Positions 38,751 to 47,793 are shown, numbered from the stretch's first letter. The stretch is 64,000 nucleotides of DNA from an uncultured virus (IMG/VR IMGVR_UViG_3300031813_000014) (IMGVR_UViG_3300031813_000014); one strand, 5' to 3'. The notes: a model not told the origin generated them from the sequence alone. Numbers and translations are program-made.

Positions 38751-38764
38751 CTGACATTTGTCAG
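38751..38764. repeat. 14-bp dyad, copy 11
   Basis: Exact copy, arms extend to AAAT...ATTT (38747-38768). Confidence 0.95.
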
Positions 38765-38803
38765 ATTTTCTTTTATGATGCTTTTGTTTCGCATCATGAC
38801 TAT

Positions 38804-38832
38804 ATTATAACACAATGTAATGATAATTGCAA
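38804..38832 (-). promoter_or_regulatory. Early sigma70 promoter P1 (TTGCAA-17-TATAAT)
   Basis: Minus strand TTGCAA TTATCATTACATTGTGT TATAAT. Confidence 0.8.
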
Positions 38833-39104
38833 ACATTTCGTGTTTCATAATTAGCTTAGGCAAAAAAAATCTTTCTCCGACTAAACCACGAAAAAAAAAC
38901 CGTTTTCGCCGACTAGACCGCGTAAATACCCCCATCACCCCTTTTTATGGAAAGGGACTCCAGCAGTGACATACACTCTAATCCGCTCAAACGATTACAT
39001 CAAAAAGTTTTCCAAACACCCCCCCGTCACTTTTTATTTTGGTACCATTTGCGTACTATATATTTCTATGTTATATTTCGCCCAACCCATTAAACTTGGT
39101 GCAT

Positions 39105-39695
39105 ATGATTAACGTAGAACCTACTGCCGATCACCCGATGCCGTTCGACATGTCCGATGAGGAACCAAAGACTCATAAGGACGCCGTGTCTATTGCTGTT
39201 AACACAGTAGACCTAATGGAGAACTTGGGACCTTCGATCGACTTTGAGAATTCTGATCTATTTGCAGCACAAGATTTAATAACGGGCGCGGAGAAAAAAT
39301 CCAAGCCTGCAACTACTACAGTACTAGCACAGGCCAAAGCTGCCCAGGTGCTCATTCGAGAATTTGATTTCCAAGCATTCGCAGACGTACATCAAGCCCG
39401 AAACTTTGTAACAAATAAACTCATTCAGTTAGCTGACTGCGGTGACATCAAAGTTGAACTCAAGGCATTAGAATTGCTTGGCAAACATTCCGACATTGGA
39501 CTCTTTACAGAACGCAGTGAAATCACCGTCCACCACACAACCTCCGAATCCCTTGAGAAGTCTATTAAGGAACGCATCAAACGTTTGCTTAATTCTGACG
39601 TAACAGATGTGACACCCTTGGATGACCTAGATGCACAGTTAGGTCCACCCATCGAACAAGAATCCATTCCTCAAAGTGAGGACAACATTGAGTAA
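39105..39695 (+). CDS. Putative terminase small subunit
   Basis: Directly upstream of TerL. ELKALELLGK..DIGLFTERSE motif. Probable ATG at 39105. Confidence 0.55.
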   Translation: MINVEPTADHPMPFDMSDEEPKTHKDAVSIAVNTVDLMENLGPSIDFENSDLFAAQDLITGAEKKSKPATTTVLAQAKAAQVLIREFDFQAFADVHQARNFVTNKLIQLADCGDIKVELKALELLGKHSDIGLFTERSEITVHHTTSESLEKSIKERIKRLLNSDVTDVTPLDDLDAQLGPPIEQESIPQSEDNIE

Positions 39696-41211
39696 TCTTA
39701 CGCTTAAGGATATTGAAGCAGCCATAAACTCTGGCAAGCTTTCGGAATCCGATTTGCGGGTGTTGGAAGCGTCTCTCGATAAACTTGAGAAGCTCAAAGA
39801 AAAAGAATTAGCTCAAGAAAAGTTCTTGAAGTTTGTCAACCGTTGTTGGCCCACGTTTATTTCAGGGAGACACCATGCGCGTATGGCTGATGCTTTTGAG
39901 CGTGTTGCTCGTGGTGAGTGTAAGCGCCTTATTATTAATATGCCTCCTCGACACACTAAGTCAGAGTTCGCGTCTTATCTACTTCCGGCTTGGTTCTTAG
40001 GTAGATTCCCACACAAAAAGGTGATTCAAGTTGCGCACACTAGCGAATTGTCTACGGGTTTTGGTCGTAAGGTTCGAAATCTGGTTGATACTGAAGTGTT
40101 TAAAGAAACATTCCCAGGTCTAAACCTGCGAGCAGACTCAAAAGCTGCGGGTCGCTGGAACACCAGCGAGGGCGGAGACTATTTTGCTATCGGTGTCGGG
40201 GGAGCAGTGACTGGTAAAGGTGCTGACCTACTAATAATAGACGACCCACACAGCGAACAAGAGGCGACGATGGCGGCTTCGAACCCCGAAATCTTCGATA
40301 AAGTCTACGAATACTATACATCTGGACCTCGCCAACGTTTGCAACCTGGTGGTTCCATTGTAATCGTGATGACTCGCTGGGCGGCAAGAGATTTAACGGG
40401 TCAAGTGCTAAAAGCTGCGGCTTTAGGCGCTGATAAGTGGGAAGTTATTGAGTTTCCAGCCATATTGCCCTCGGGAAATCCGCTTTGGCCCGAGTTTTGG
40501 AAGCTATCAGAGCTCGAAGCCATCAAGAAAACCATTCCAAACAGTAAATGGCAGGCCCAATACCAGCAAAATCCCATCGGAAATGAGTCCGCGATCGTCA
40601 AAAGGGATTGGTGGCAGTGGTGGGAAGAGGAAGATCCACCCGAATGCGAGTTTATTTTGCAGACTTGGGACACGGCGTTCGAGAAAAACAACCGTGCTGA
40701 CTACTCTGCAGGCACAACTTGGGGTATTTTTAGCCACCGTAAGGACTATAACCTCCCAAATATCATACTTTTAAACACTTATAAGAAGCGTGTTGAGTAT
40801 CCAGAGCTCAAAAAAGACGTGCTAAATGAGTACAAAAACTTCGATCCAGACGCTGTTTTGGTCGAAAAAAAGGCTTCTGGGGCCCCATTAATCTACGATT
40901 TAAGGGCCATGGGCATCCCTGTACAAGATTACACACCGTCAAAAGGTCAAGACAAAATTGCCCGTTTGAACTCGGTTTCCGACATAATTGCATCTGGAAA
41001 AGTATGGGTTCCACGGACCCGTTGGGCTGAAGAATTAGTTGATGAGATTGCGGCGTTCCCCTCCGGCGAGCATGATGACTTGGTGGATGCTACTACGCTT
41101 GCGTTAATGAGATTTAGGCAGGGCGGCTTTCTGCGTTTACCGACTGACGAGCCCGAAGATATTCAATGGTTTAAAGGCCGTCGCAACAGCGAACGGTACT
41201 ACACAGTTTAA
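39676..41211 (+). CDS. terL: Terminase large subunit
   Basis: INMPPRHTKS (Walker A), LLIIDDPH (Walker B), VMTRW, WDTA, VEKKASG, HDDLVDA nuclease motif. Confidence 0.95.
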   Translation: MRTTLSNLTLKDIEAAINSGKLSESDLRVLEASLDKLEKLKEKELAQEKFLKFVNRCWPTFISGRHHARMADAFERVARGECKRLIINMPPRHTKSEFASYLLPAWFLGRFPHKKVIQVAHTSELSTGFGRKVRNLVDTEVFKETFPGLNLRADSKAAGRWNTSEGGDYFAIGVGGAVTGKGADLLIIDDPHSEQEATMAASNPEIFDKVYEYYTSGPRQRLQPGGSIVIVMTRWAARDLTGQVLKAAALGADKWEVIEFPAILPSGNPLWPEFWKLSELEAIKKTIPNSKWQAQYQQNPIGNESAIVKRDWWQWWEEEDPPECEFILQTWDTAFEKNNRADYSAGTTWGIFSHRKDYNLPNIILLNTYKKRVEYPELKKDVLNEYKNFDPDAVLVEKKASGAPLIYDLRAMGIPVQDYTPSKGQDKIARLNSVSDIIASGKVWVPRTRWAEELVDEIAAFPSGEHDDLVDATTLALMRFRQGGFLRLPTDEPEDIQWFKGRRNSERYYTV

Positions 41212-41219
41212 GGACTATC

Positions 41220-43805
41220 ATGGCAACAAGTAGTATTGACAAATCTCCGTATCAAGCACCGATGGGTATTGGTATGGCACAAGAACCTGACATCGAGATT
41301 GAGATCGAAGACCCCGAGTCAGTTAAGATGCACTTGGGCGAGTTTGAGATCGACCTCGACCCCAAAGCAAACAAAGAGAAAAAAGGCGCAGATAAATTTG
41401 ACGCCAACTTAGCTGAGTACGTTGATGACAGCGCGCTTCAATCTTTGGGCATGGATCTTGTCGAAGATTTTGATAAAGACATGGGTGACAGGCGTGATTG
41501 GATCAAGACTTACGTTGAAGGTTTAAAGCTATTGGGCCTTAAGTATGAGGACCGCACTGAACCATGGCAAGGCGCGTGTGGCGTGTTTCACCCCATGTTA
41601 ACTGAATCAGTTGTGCGCTTCCAGTCTGAGGCAATGATGGAGACCTTCCCCGCCATGGGGCCTGTGAAAACAAAGATCCTTGGATTTGATACGCTTGAGA
41701 CGCAAGAGGCCGCTGCGCGCGTGCAAGAGGACATGAACTACGAGCTCATGGAGGTGATGTCTGAGTATCGCACCGAGCATGAAAAGATGTTGTGGAATTT
41801 GCCATTGGCTGGGTCTGCATTCAAGAAGGTCTACTACGATCCTGCTCGTGGTCGTCAAGTAGCGATGTTCATTCCCGCTGAAGACATAGTTGTACCTTAC
41901 GGCGTGTCAAATCTTGAGACCGCCGAGCGCGTCACGCACGTGATGCGTAAGACTGAGAACGATGTTAGAAAACTGCAAGAAGCAGGGTTCTATATGGACA
42001 TTGAGTTGGGCGATCCATCTTACGACATTGATGACATTGAGAAACAAAAGAACGAAGAGATGGGCATCACCGCGTTGAACGATGACCGCTATCACATCTT
42101 AGAGATGCACGTCCACTTGGACTTGGATGGCTTTGAGCACAAGAACAAGAAGGGTGAGATGACCAAGATTGCTCTGCCTTATGTTGTGACTGTCGAAAAG
42201 GGCAGCCGTAAAGTTTTATCCATCAGGAGAAATTGGCTTGAGGAAGACAAACTACAACTTAAGCGACAGCATTTTGTCCATTATCAATACATCCCTGGAT
42301 TTGGTTTTTATGGCTACGGTCTTATCCATCTTATCGGTGGTTACGCTAAGTCAGCTACTATGCTTATTCGTCAGTTGGTTGACGCTGGAACTTTATCGAA
42401 TCTGCCGGGCGGTCTTAAGTCGCGTGGCCTCAGAGTTAAAGGCGATGACACACCGATAGCACCTGGAGAGTTTAGAGATGTAGACGTACCCAGTGGTTCA
42501 ATCAGGGACAACATTCTTCCGCTCCCATACAAAGAACCCAGTCAAGTTCTGTTTGCACTGTTCCAAAACATCGTGCAAGAAGGCCGTGCGTTTGCATCAT
42601 CTGGCGACATTAAAGTTAGTGACATGTCAAGTCAAGCCCCTGTGGGTACGACGTTAGCCATATTGGAGCGCACGCTTAAAGTCATGACGGCTGTTCAAAG
42701 CCGACTGCATTATGCGATGAAGATGGAGTTTAGACTCTTGAAAGAGTTGATCGCTGCCGACACTCCAGAAGATTATGACTATGAGCCTGAGTATGGTACG
42801 AAATCAGCCAAGCGTGCTGACTATGACTTGGTGGACATCATCCCCGTGTCAGATCCCAACGCAGCAACCATGGCTCAGAAGATTACGCAGTACCAAGCGG
42901 TTCTTCAGTTGGCTCAGTCAGCTCCCCAGTTGTACAACTTGCCACTCTTGCATCGTCAGATGATTGAGGTGTTGGGCGTGAAGAACGCAGCCAAACTTGT
43001 ACCAACAGAGGACGATGAGGTACCAACAGATCCTATTCAAGAGAACCAAGACTTGTTGACCATGAAGCCAGTCAAGGCGTTCATGGAGCAAAATCATCAA
43101 GCTCACATCACAGCGCATATGTCATTGATGCAGGATCCACATATGCAGCAGTTGATGGCAAACAACCCACAAGCTCCTCAGATCCAAGCTGCATTGATGG
43201 CCCACGTCAACGAGCACTTAGGCTTCGAGTACCGCAGACAAATCGAGCAGTCACTGGGCGCTACGTTGCCAGCTAAAGATAAAGAGGGTAACTATCCCAA
43301 GGTTGATCCAGCAATGGCAGACCAGATCGCGGCGATGGCAGCTCAAGCTGCACAACAGTTGACTCAACAGAATCAGCAAGCAGCAGCTCAACAGCAGGCC
43401 CAACAACAAGCTCAAGATCCGATCGTTCAGATGCAACAGCAAGAGCTTCAACTCAAGGCGCAAGATCTTCAGCTCAAAGCTCAGAAGCAACAAGCAGACG
43501 CGCAAGAGAAACAAGCACGCTTGGCAATCGAGCAGGCTCGCATTGAGACTCAAAAGCAGATTGCTCAGATGCAGGTCGCTGCTCAGACTACGATCCAGCA
43601 AGAGAAAAATATCAGAGACTACGACATCAACCGCGCCAGATTGACTTCAAGCAACAAGCTAGAGGGCATGAGAATTGGCATTGATATGCAGAAGCACAAA
43701 CACTCAATGGCTGTGCAGAAGCACAACATTGACAAACAGTCTGAAGATAGAAAAGCTCAAGCTAAAGCAGCGGCTAAAAAACCAGAACCAAAAGGTGAAG
43801 AATGA
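41220..43805 (+). CDS. Portal protein with long Q-rich coiled-coil (barrel) C-terminus
   Basis: 861 aa after TerL. GSAFKKVYYD, GFYGYG motifs, P22-like Q/A-rich tail. Confidence 0.85.
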   Translation: MATSSIDKSPYQAPMGIGMAQEPDIEIEIEDPESVKMHLGEFEIDLDPKANKEKKGADKFDANLAEYVDDSALQSLGMDLVEDFDKDMGDRRDWIKTYVEGLKLLGLKYEDRTEPWQGACGVFHPMLTESVVRFQSEAMMETFPAMGPVKTKILGFDTLETQEAAARVQEDMNYELMEVMSEYRTEHEKMLWNLPLAGSAFKKVYYDPARGRQVAMFIPAEDIVVPYGVSNLETAERVTHVMRKTENDVRKLQEAGFYMDIELGDPSYDIDDIEKQKNEEMGITALNDDRYHILEMHVHLDLDGFEHKNKKGEMTKIALPYVVTVEKGSRKVLSIRRNWLEEDKLQLKRQHFVHYQYIPGFGFYGYGLIHLIGGYAKSATMLIRQLVDAGTLSNLPGGLKSRGLRVKGDDTPIAPGEFRDVDVPSGSIRDNILPLPYKEPSQVLFALFQNIVQEGRAFASSGDIKVSDMSSQAPVGTTLAILERTLKVMTAVQSRLHYAMKMEFRLLKELIAADTPEDYDYEPEYGTKSAKRADYDLVDIIPVSDPNAATMAQKITQYQAVLQLAQSAPQLYNLPLLHRQMIEVLGVKNAAKLVPTEDDEVPTDPIQENQDLLTMKPVKAFMEQNHQAHITAHMSLMQDPHMQQLMANNPQAPQIQAALMAHVNEHLGFEYRRQIEQSLGATLPAKDKEGNYPKVDPAMADQIAAMAAQAAQQLTQQNQQAAAQQQAQQQAQDPIVQMQQQELQLKAQDLQLKAQKQQADAQEKQARLAIEQARIETQKQIAQMQVAAQTTIQQEKNIRDYDINRARLTSSNKLEGMRIGIDMQKHKHSMAVQKHNIDKQSEDRKAQAKAAAKKPEPKGEE

Positions 43806-43996
43806 GAGAACGTGCTAATTTCTCTGCCCTGATGCACATAGAACGCCAAAAACAGGTGGACTTTGTAGCGAGTGGCAGATGCGTTGATTTCGCCGAATAT
43901 CGGCACATCTGTGGGATTATCCGGGGTCTAGAACTCGCAGATCAAATTGTAGACGACCTCGTGCAAAAAATGGAGAAAGACGATGACGAGTTTTGA
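43802..43996 (+). CDS. Hypothetical protein
   Basis: 64 aa. DFAEYRHICGIIRGL, between portal and GroES. Confidence 0.65.
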   Translation: MRERANFSALMHIERQKQVDFVASGRCVDFAEYRHICGIIRGLELADQIVDDLVQKMEKDDDEF

Positions 43997-44387
43997 CGTA
44001 TCCGCTGTGGACTTATCTGGGATCCTTAACAAGGGCACCGAGGATAAAGCCAAACAGTTGCCAGACCCTAAGCGATTTCATTTGCTCTGCGTGGTTCCCG
44101 AAGCTATTGAGGAATATGCGGACTCTGGGATTGTAAAGTCTAGTCAAACAATGCACTATGAAGAAGTACTGACCCCAGTGTTATTCGTAGTCAAAATGGG
44201 CCCCGACGCTTATAAAGATACGACTCGCTTTCCTAGCGGTCCGTCTTGTAAAGAAGGGGATTTTGTTATCACCAGACCTAACTCAGGCACCCGCCTGAAA
44301 ATTCACGGTCGTGAATTCAGAATCATCAACGATGATTCTGTTGAGGCCGTTGTAGAAGATCCACGCGGAATTTCCCGCGCTGCTTAA
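43983..44387 (+). CDS. groES: Co-chaperonin GroES (Cpn10)-like protein
   Basis: SGIV mobile loop, VVKMGPDAY...CKEGDFV...G.EFRIINDDSVEAVV. Confidence 0.85.
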   Translation: MTSFDVSAVDLSGILNKGTEDKAKQLPDPKRFHLLCVVPEAIEEYADSGIVKSSQTMHYEEVLTPVLFVVKMGPDAYKDTTRFPSGPSCKEGDFVITRPNSGTRLKIHGREFRIINDDSVEAVVEDPRGISRAA

Positions 44388-44396
44388 GGAAAAACC

Positions 44397-45365
44397 ATGG
44401 CAACATCATTTGAAGAGTTTAAGTTCCCCGACGACGAAGTACCAAAGGTTACTGCAAAGGAACCCGAGGATAAGTTTGAAGTAGAGATTGAAGACGATAC
44501 ACCTCCCGAAGATCGCGGTCGCAAGCCTATGGCTAAACCTCCCGAGGATCCAACGGAAGATGAACTGTCTAGCTACGACGAAAAAGTTCAAGCCAGAATC
44601 AAGAAGTTTACTCGTGGTTATCACGACGAACGTAGAGCTAAAGAAGAAGCGCTTCGTGAACGCCAAGCCGCTGAAGCCTATGCACGTCAAGTGCTGGAGG
44701 AAAACAAACGTCTACAGCAACAGTTGGCTAACGGTAGCAAAGAGTACATTGAGACTTTTAAACAAGCCGCAGAAGCTCAGCTTGCCGCAGCCAAAGACAA
44801 ATTTACCAAAGCATATGAATCAGGTGATGCACAAGCGCAAGCTGAAGCTCAAGCCATGATTGCAGCGGCAACAGTAAAAGCTAGTCGTGTACAGGATATG
44901 AGACCTGTGCAGGTCGAGGAACGTGAATTTAAACCAGCGCCTCAACAACCCGAAGCACCACGCTTGCATCCGCGCACTCAACAGTGGGTAGACAACAACA
45001 GCGATTGGTACGGGGTGGATGAAGAGATGACTGCATCTGCCGTGGGGCTTGACAAGAAACTCCAGCGGGAGTATGGTCAAGACTTCATTGGTACTGAAAA
45101 GTACTTTCAGCTCATTGATAAAACAATGCGCAAAAGATTTCCTGAGCACTTTGAAGACGCTCAGAGCCGTTACTCCGACGAAGAGGATGATGAACCACCT
45201 CAACGCCGTGCCTCAAAACCCGCGTCTGTTGTAGCTCCCGCTACACGCAGTACGCCGCCGAGTCGTATTAGATTGAAAGCCTCAGAAGCCGAGATTGCTC
45301 GAAGACTTGGAGTGCCCATTGAACAATACGCAAAACAGGTTGCTTTACTTAGAAAAGGTGCTTAA
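44397..45365 (+). CDS. Capsid scaffolding protein
   Basis: Acidic N-terminus, long coiled coil, C-terminal L...EAEIARRLGVPIEQYAKQ, upstream of the capsid genes. Confidence 0.7.
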   Translation: MATSFEEFKFPDDEVPKVTAKEPEDKFEVEIEDDTPPEDRGRKPMAKPPEDPTEDELSSYDEKVQARIKKFTRGYHDERRAKEEALRERQAAEAYARQVLEENKRLQQQLANGSKEYIETFKQAAEAQLAAAKDKFTKAYESGDAQAQAEAQAMIAAATVKASRVQDMRPVQVEEREFKPAPQQPEAPRLHPRTQQWVDNNSDWYGVDEEMTASAVGLDKKLQREYGQDFIGTEKYFQLIDKTMRKRFPEHFEDAQSRYSDEEDDEPPQRRASKPASVVAPATRSTPPSRIRLKASEAEIARRLGVPIEQYAKQVALLRKGA

Positions 45366-45367
45366 TC

Positions 45368-45826
45368 ATGTCAGATAAACAAAACCGCTTAGACCGTGAA
45401 CTCGATGACCGAAAAGCTGTTGCTTTTCGCCCAGAAATGTGGAAGCCCCCGGAGCTTCTGCCCGAACCTAAACCAAGGGACGGCTGGAAACATCGTTGGA
45501 TTCGTATAAGTATGTTAGGTGGAGCTGACGCGACTAACATTTCATCTAGGTTACGCGAGGGATACGAGCCTGTTAAGGCGGAAGATTATCCCGAGTTAAT
45601 GATGCACGCCACTCAAGAAGGCCGATTTAAAGGCAATATTGAAGTAGGTGGTTTGTTGTTATGCCGTATTCCAGCAGAGTTTGAGAAGCAGCGTGATGAA
45701 TATTACGCCAAGCAGAATCAAGCACAAATGGAGTCCGTGGATAACAGTTTTATGCGCCAGAATGATCCTCGTATGCCTTTGTTTGCAGAGCGCAGATCGA
45801 ACGTAAGTTTTGGCAAAGGCTCTTAA
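45368..45826 (+). CDS. Conserved head-module hypothetical protein
   Basis: WKPP.LLP.P...RWIR...REGYEPV...GGLLLCRIP. Confidence 0.7.
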   Translation: MSDKQNRLDRELDDRKAVAFRPEMWKPPELLPEPKPRDGWKHRWIRISMLGGADATNISSRLREGYEPVKAEDYPELMMHATQEGRFKGNIEVGGLLLCRIPAEFEKQRDEYYAKQNQAQMESVDNSFMRQNDPRMPLFAERRSNVSFGKGS

Positions 45827-45843
45827 ATTTTTAAGGAAATAAA

Positions 45844-46725
45844 ATGGCTTATCCAGCAATTTCAGCCCCTTATGGGTTCAAGCCAGTCAATTTGATTGGC
45901 GGGCAGCTATTCGCAGGTTCAACCCGCATGCTGCCAATTCAGTACGGTTACGCAAGTAACTTGTACAACGGTGACTTAGTTGAGTTGGTTCAAGGATTTG
46001 TTAATCAATCCACGATCACTAGCTCTAACGGTCAAACCACTCCTGGTACTACAGCTCCTACAAATAACATCGTTGGTGTTTTCTTGGGTTGTAACTACAC
46101 TAACCCCAGCAACAAGCAGAAACAATATGCACAATATTGGGCTGCTAGTACATTGGCTGGTGATGGTGTAGCTGTTGTAGCTGATGATCCTGACCAAGTC
46201 TTTAAGATGGTTGCACTCACTTCTGGTGGTGCTTTGGCTTCTGCCGCCGTCCCCATGATCGGTCAAAACATCGCTATTAACCGTAGCTGGGCCGCTGGCA
46301 CAGGTAACATTAATACAGGTGACTCTTATGTTGGCGCAACTTCTCCATCTTCACTCAGCACAGCAGCTCAACTGCCTTTGCGTATAGTTGGTTTGGTGCC
46401 TGATACAGCTTACGCTGTTTCTGCAACAGGTTCTTCAAGTTCAACAACCATCACTTTGACTGGCGCTGGCTTGCCCTCCGCCATCCTCCAAGGTGCTGAC
46501 GTTGCTTACTTGGCTCCTAATGGTCAATTGATTGAGACTGGATCTTTTGTGACTTCAGCTTATGCTGCTGGTACAACTTCCATCACAATTAACGTGGCTA
46601 TTGCAGTCCCTGGTGGTGTCACTGCTATTCCTAGCGGTTCTACTATCGTGTTCACTAATTATCCTGAAGTTTTGGTTAAATTTAACCAAGGCACACACGG
46701 ATACTATTATCCAGTTTCAGTATAA
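45844..46725 (+). CDS. Putative capsid decoration / minor capsid protein
   Basis: APYGFKPV...GVFLGC.Y...DDP, directly before the major capsid gene. Confidence 0.55.
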   Translation: MAYPAISAPYGFKPVNLIGGQLFAGSTRMLPIQYGYASNLYNGDLVELVQGFVNQSTITSSNGQTTPGTTAPTNNIVGVFLGCNYTNPSNKQKQYAQYWAASTLAGDGVAVVADDPDQVFKMVALTSGGALASAAVPMIGQNIAINRSWAAGTGNINTGDSYVGATSPSSLSTAAQLPLRIVGLVPDTAYAVSATGSSSSTTITLTGAGLPSAILQGADVAYLAPNGQLIETGSFVTSAYAAGTTSITINVAIAVPGGVTAIPSGSTIVFTNYPEVLVKFNQGTHGYYYPVSV

Positions 46726-46737
46726 GGAGTAACATAA

Positions 46738-47640
46738 ATGGCTATTTCACGCGCACAACTATTGAAAGAACTGCTCCCAGGCTTGAACGCATTGTTCGGT
46801 TTAGAGTATGCACGTTACGGCGAAGAGCACAAAGAGATCTACGAAACAGAAACCTCTGAGCGTTCTTTTGAAGAAGAAACGAAACTGTCAGGTTTCTCTG
46901 CAGCACCTGTTAAAAACGAGGGTTCAGCCATCGCTTATGACAATGCTCAGGAAGCATGGACAACTCGCTATAACCACGAAACCATCGCCCTTGGTTTCTC
47001 GATCACTGAAGAAGCGATCGAAGATAACTTGTATGACTCTTTGTCTGCTCGTTATACCAAAGGCTTGGCTCGCGCCATGGCATACACCAAGCAAGTTAAA
47101 GCTGCTGCCGTTTTGAACAACGGCTTCAACGCAGCCTACACTGGCGGTGACGGACAGTCTTTGTTCTCTACTGCTCATCCCTTGGTGAATGGTGGTAACA
47201 ACGCCAACACTCCTTCTACTCCTGCTGATTTGAACGAGACTTCTCTTGAGAATGCCGTTATTCAGATCGCTGCATGGACAGATGAGCGTGGCCTCTTGAT
47301 CGCCGCTAAACCCAAGAAGTTGGTTGTTCCTCCTGCACTCATGTTCGTTGCAACTCGTTTGCTCGACACTGAATTGCGTGTTGGTACAAACAACAACGAC
47401 ATCAATGCAATTAAAAACAATGGTGCCGTTCCTGAAGGTTATACAGTTAACCACTTCTTGACCACACCTAATGCTTGGTTCTTGACCACAGACGTGCCAA
47501 ACGGACTTAAACACTTCGTTCGTACACCTCTGCAAAACAGCATGGATGGTGACTTTGACACTGGTAACGTACGTTACAAGTCTCGTGAGCGTTACAGCTT
47601 CGGCTGGTCAGATCCATTGGGAATCTACGGTTCCTATTGA
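46738..47640 (+). CDS. Major capsid protein
   Basis: 300 aa. MAISRAQLLKELLPGLNALFG...KLVVPPAL...RERYSFGWSD. Strong RBS, followed by a terminator. Confidence 0.9.
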   Translation: MAISRAQLLKELLPGLNALFGLEYARYGEEHKEIYETETSERSFEEETKLSGFSAAPVKNEGSAIAYDNAQEAWTTRYNHETIALGFSITEEAIEDNLYDSLSARYTKGLARAMAYTKQVKAAAVLNNGFNAAYTGGDGQSLFSTAHPLVNGGNNANTPSTPADLNETSLENAVIQIAAWTDERGLLIAAKPKKLVVPPALMFVATRLLDTELRVGTNNNDINAIKNNGAVPEGYTVNHFLTTPNAWFLTTDVPNGLKHFVRTPLQNSMDGDFDTGNVRYKSRERYSFGWSDPLGIYGSY

Positions 47641-47644
47641 TCGG

Positions 47645-47673
47645 AAAGGGGCCCCCAAAAGGGGCCCTTTTTT
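47645..47673 (+). terminator. Rho-independent terminator after the capsid gene
   Basis: GGGCCCC-CAAAA-GGGGCCC followed by T6. Confidence 0.85.
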
Positions 47674-47677
47674 ATTG

Positions 47678-47705
47678 TTGACAACACTAAAAAATAGTGT
47701 ATATT
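47678..47705 (+). promoter_or_regulatory. Putative sigma70-type promoter (TTGACA-16-TATATT)
   Basis: TTGACA ACACTAAAAAATAGTG TATATT right after the capsid terminator. Confidence 0.55.
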
Positions 47706-47793
47706 GTGAGTGTCTGGGATTTTTTTCTCTTGTTGCGACTGGCCCAGCAGACGATGCAACGATTAACAAGAGACTTTTGCATAAGGAATTATC

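Noticed and set aside
28774..38764. Dyad array as a CRISPR array
   Set aside because: The repeats are 14 bp, separated by 0.2-2.7 kb of genes, with no regular spacers. The Cas4-like nuclease is an ordinary phage replication exonuclease.
28774..38764. Dyad as MatP-binding matS site
   Set aside because: matS is the 13-bp GTGACRNYGTCAC. This dyad has different outer bases and one more central base.
37607..38938. ORFs 37607-37795 and 38738-38938
   Set aside because: They overlie iteron, promoter and dyad DNA, have low-complexity translations and no RBS.
20074..39105. Longest-ORF starts at 21009, 28729, 29344, 32457, 35147, 36469, 37171 and 39039
   Set aside because: They overlap upstream genes or promoters. 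Downstream ATGs with an RBS or a better fit were used instead.
47712..47793. Hammerhead ribozyme
   Set aside because: No CUGANGA and GAAA core is visible.
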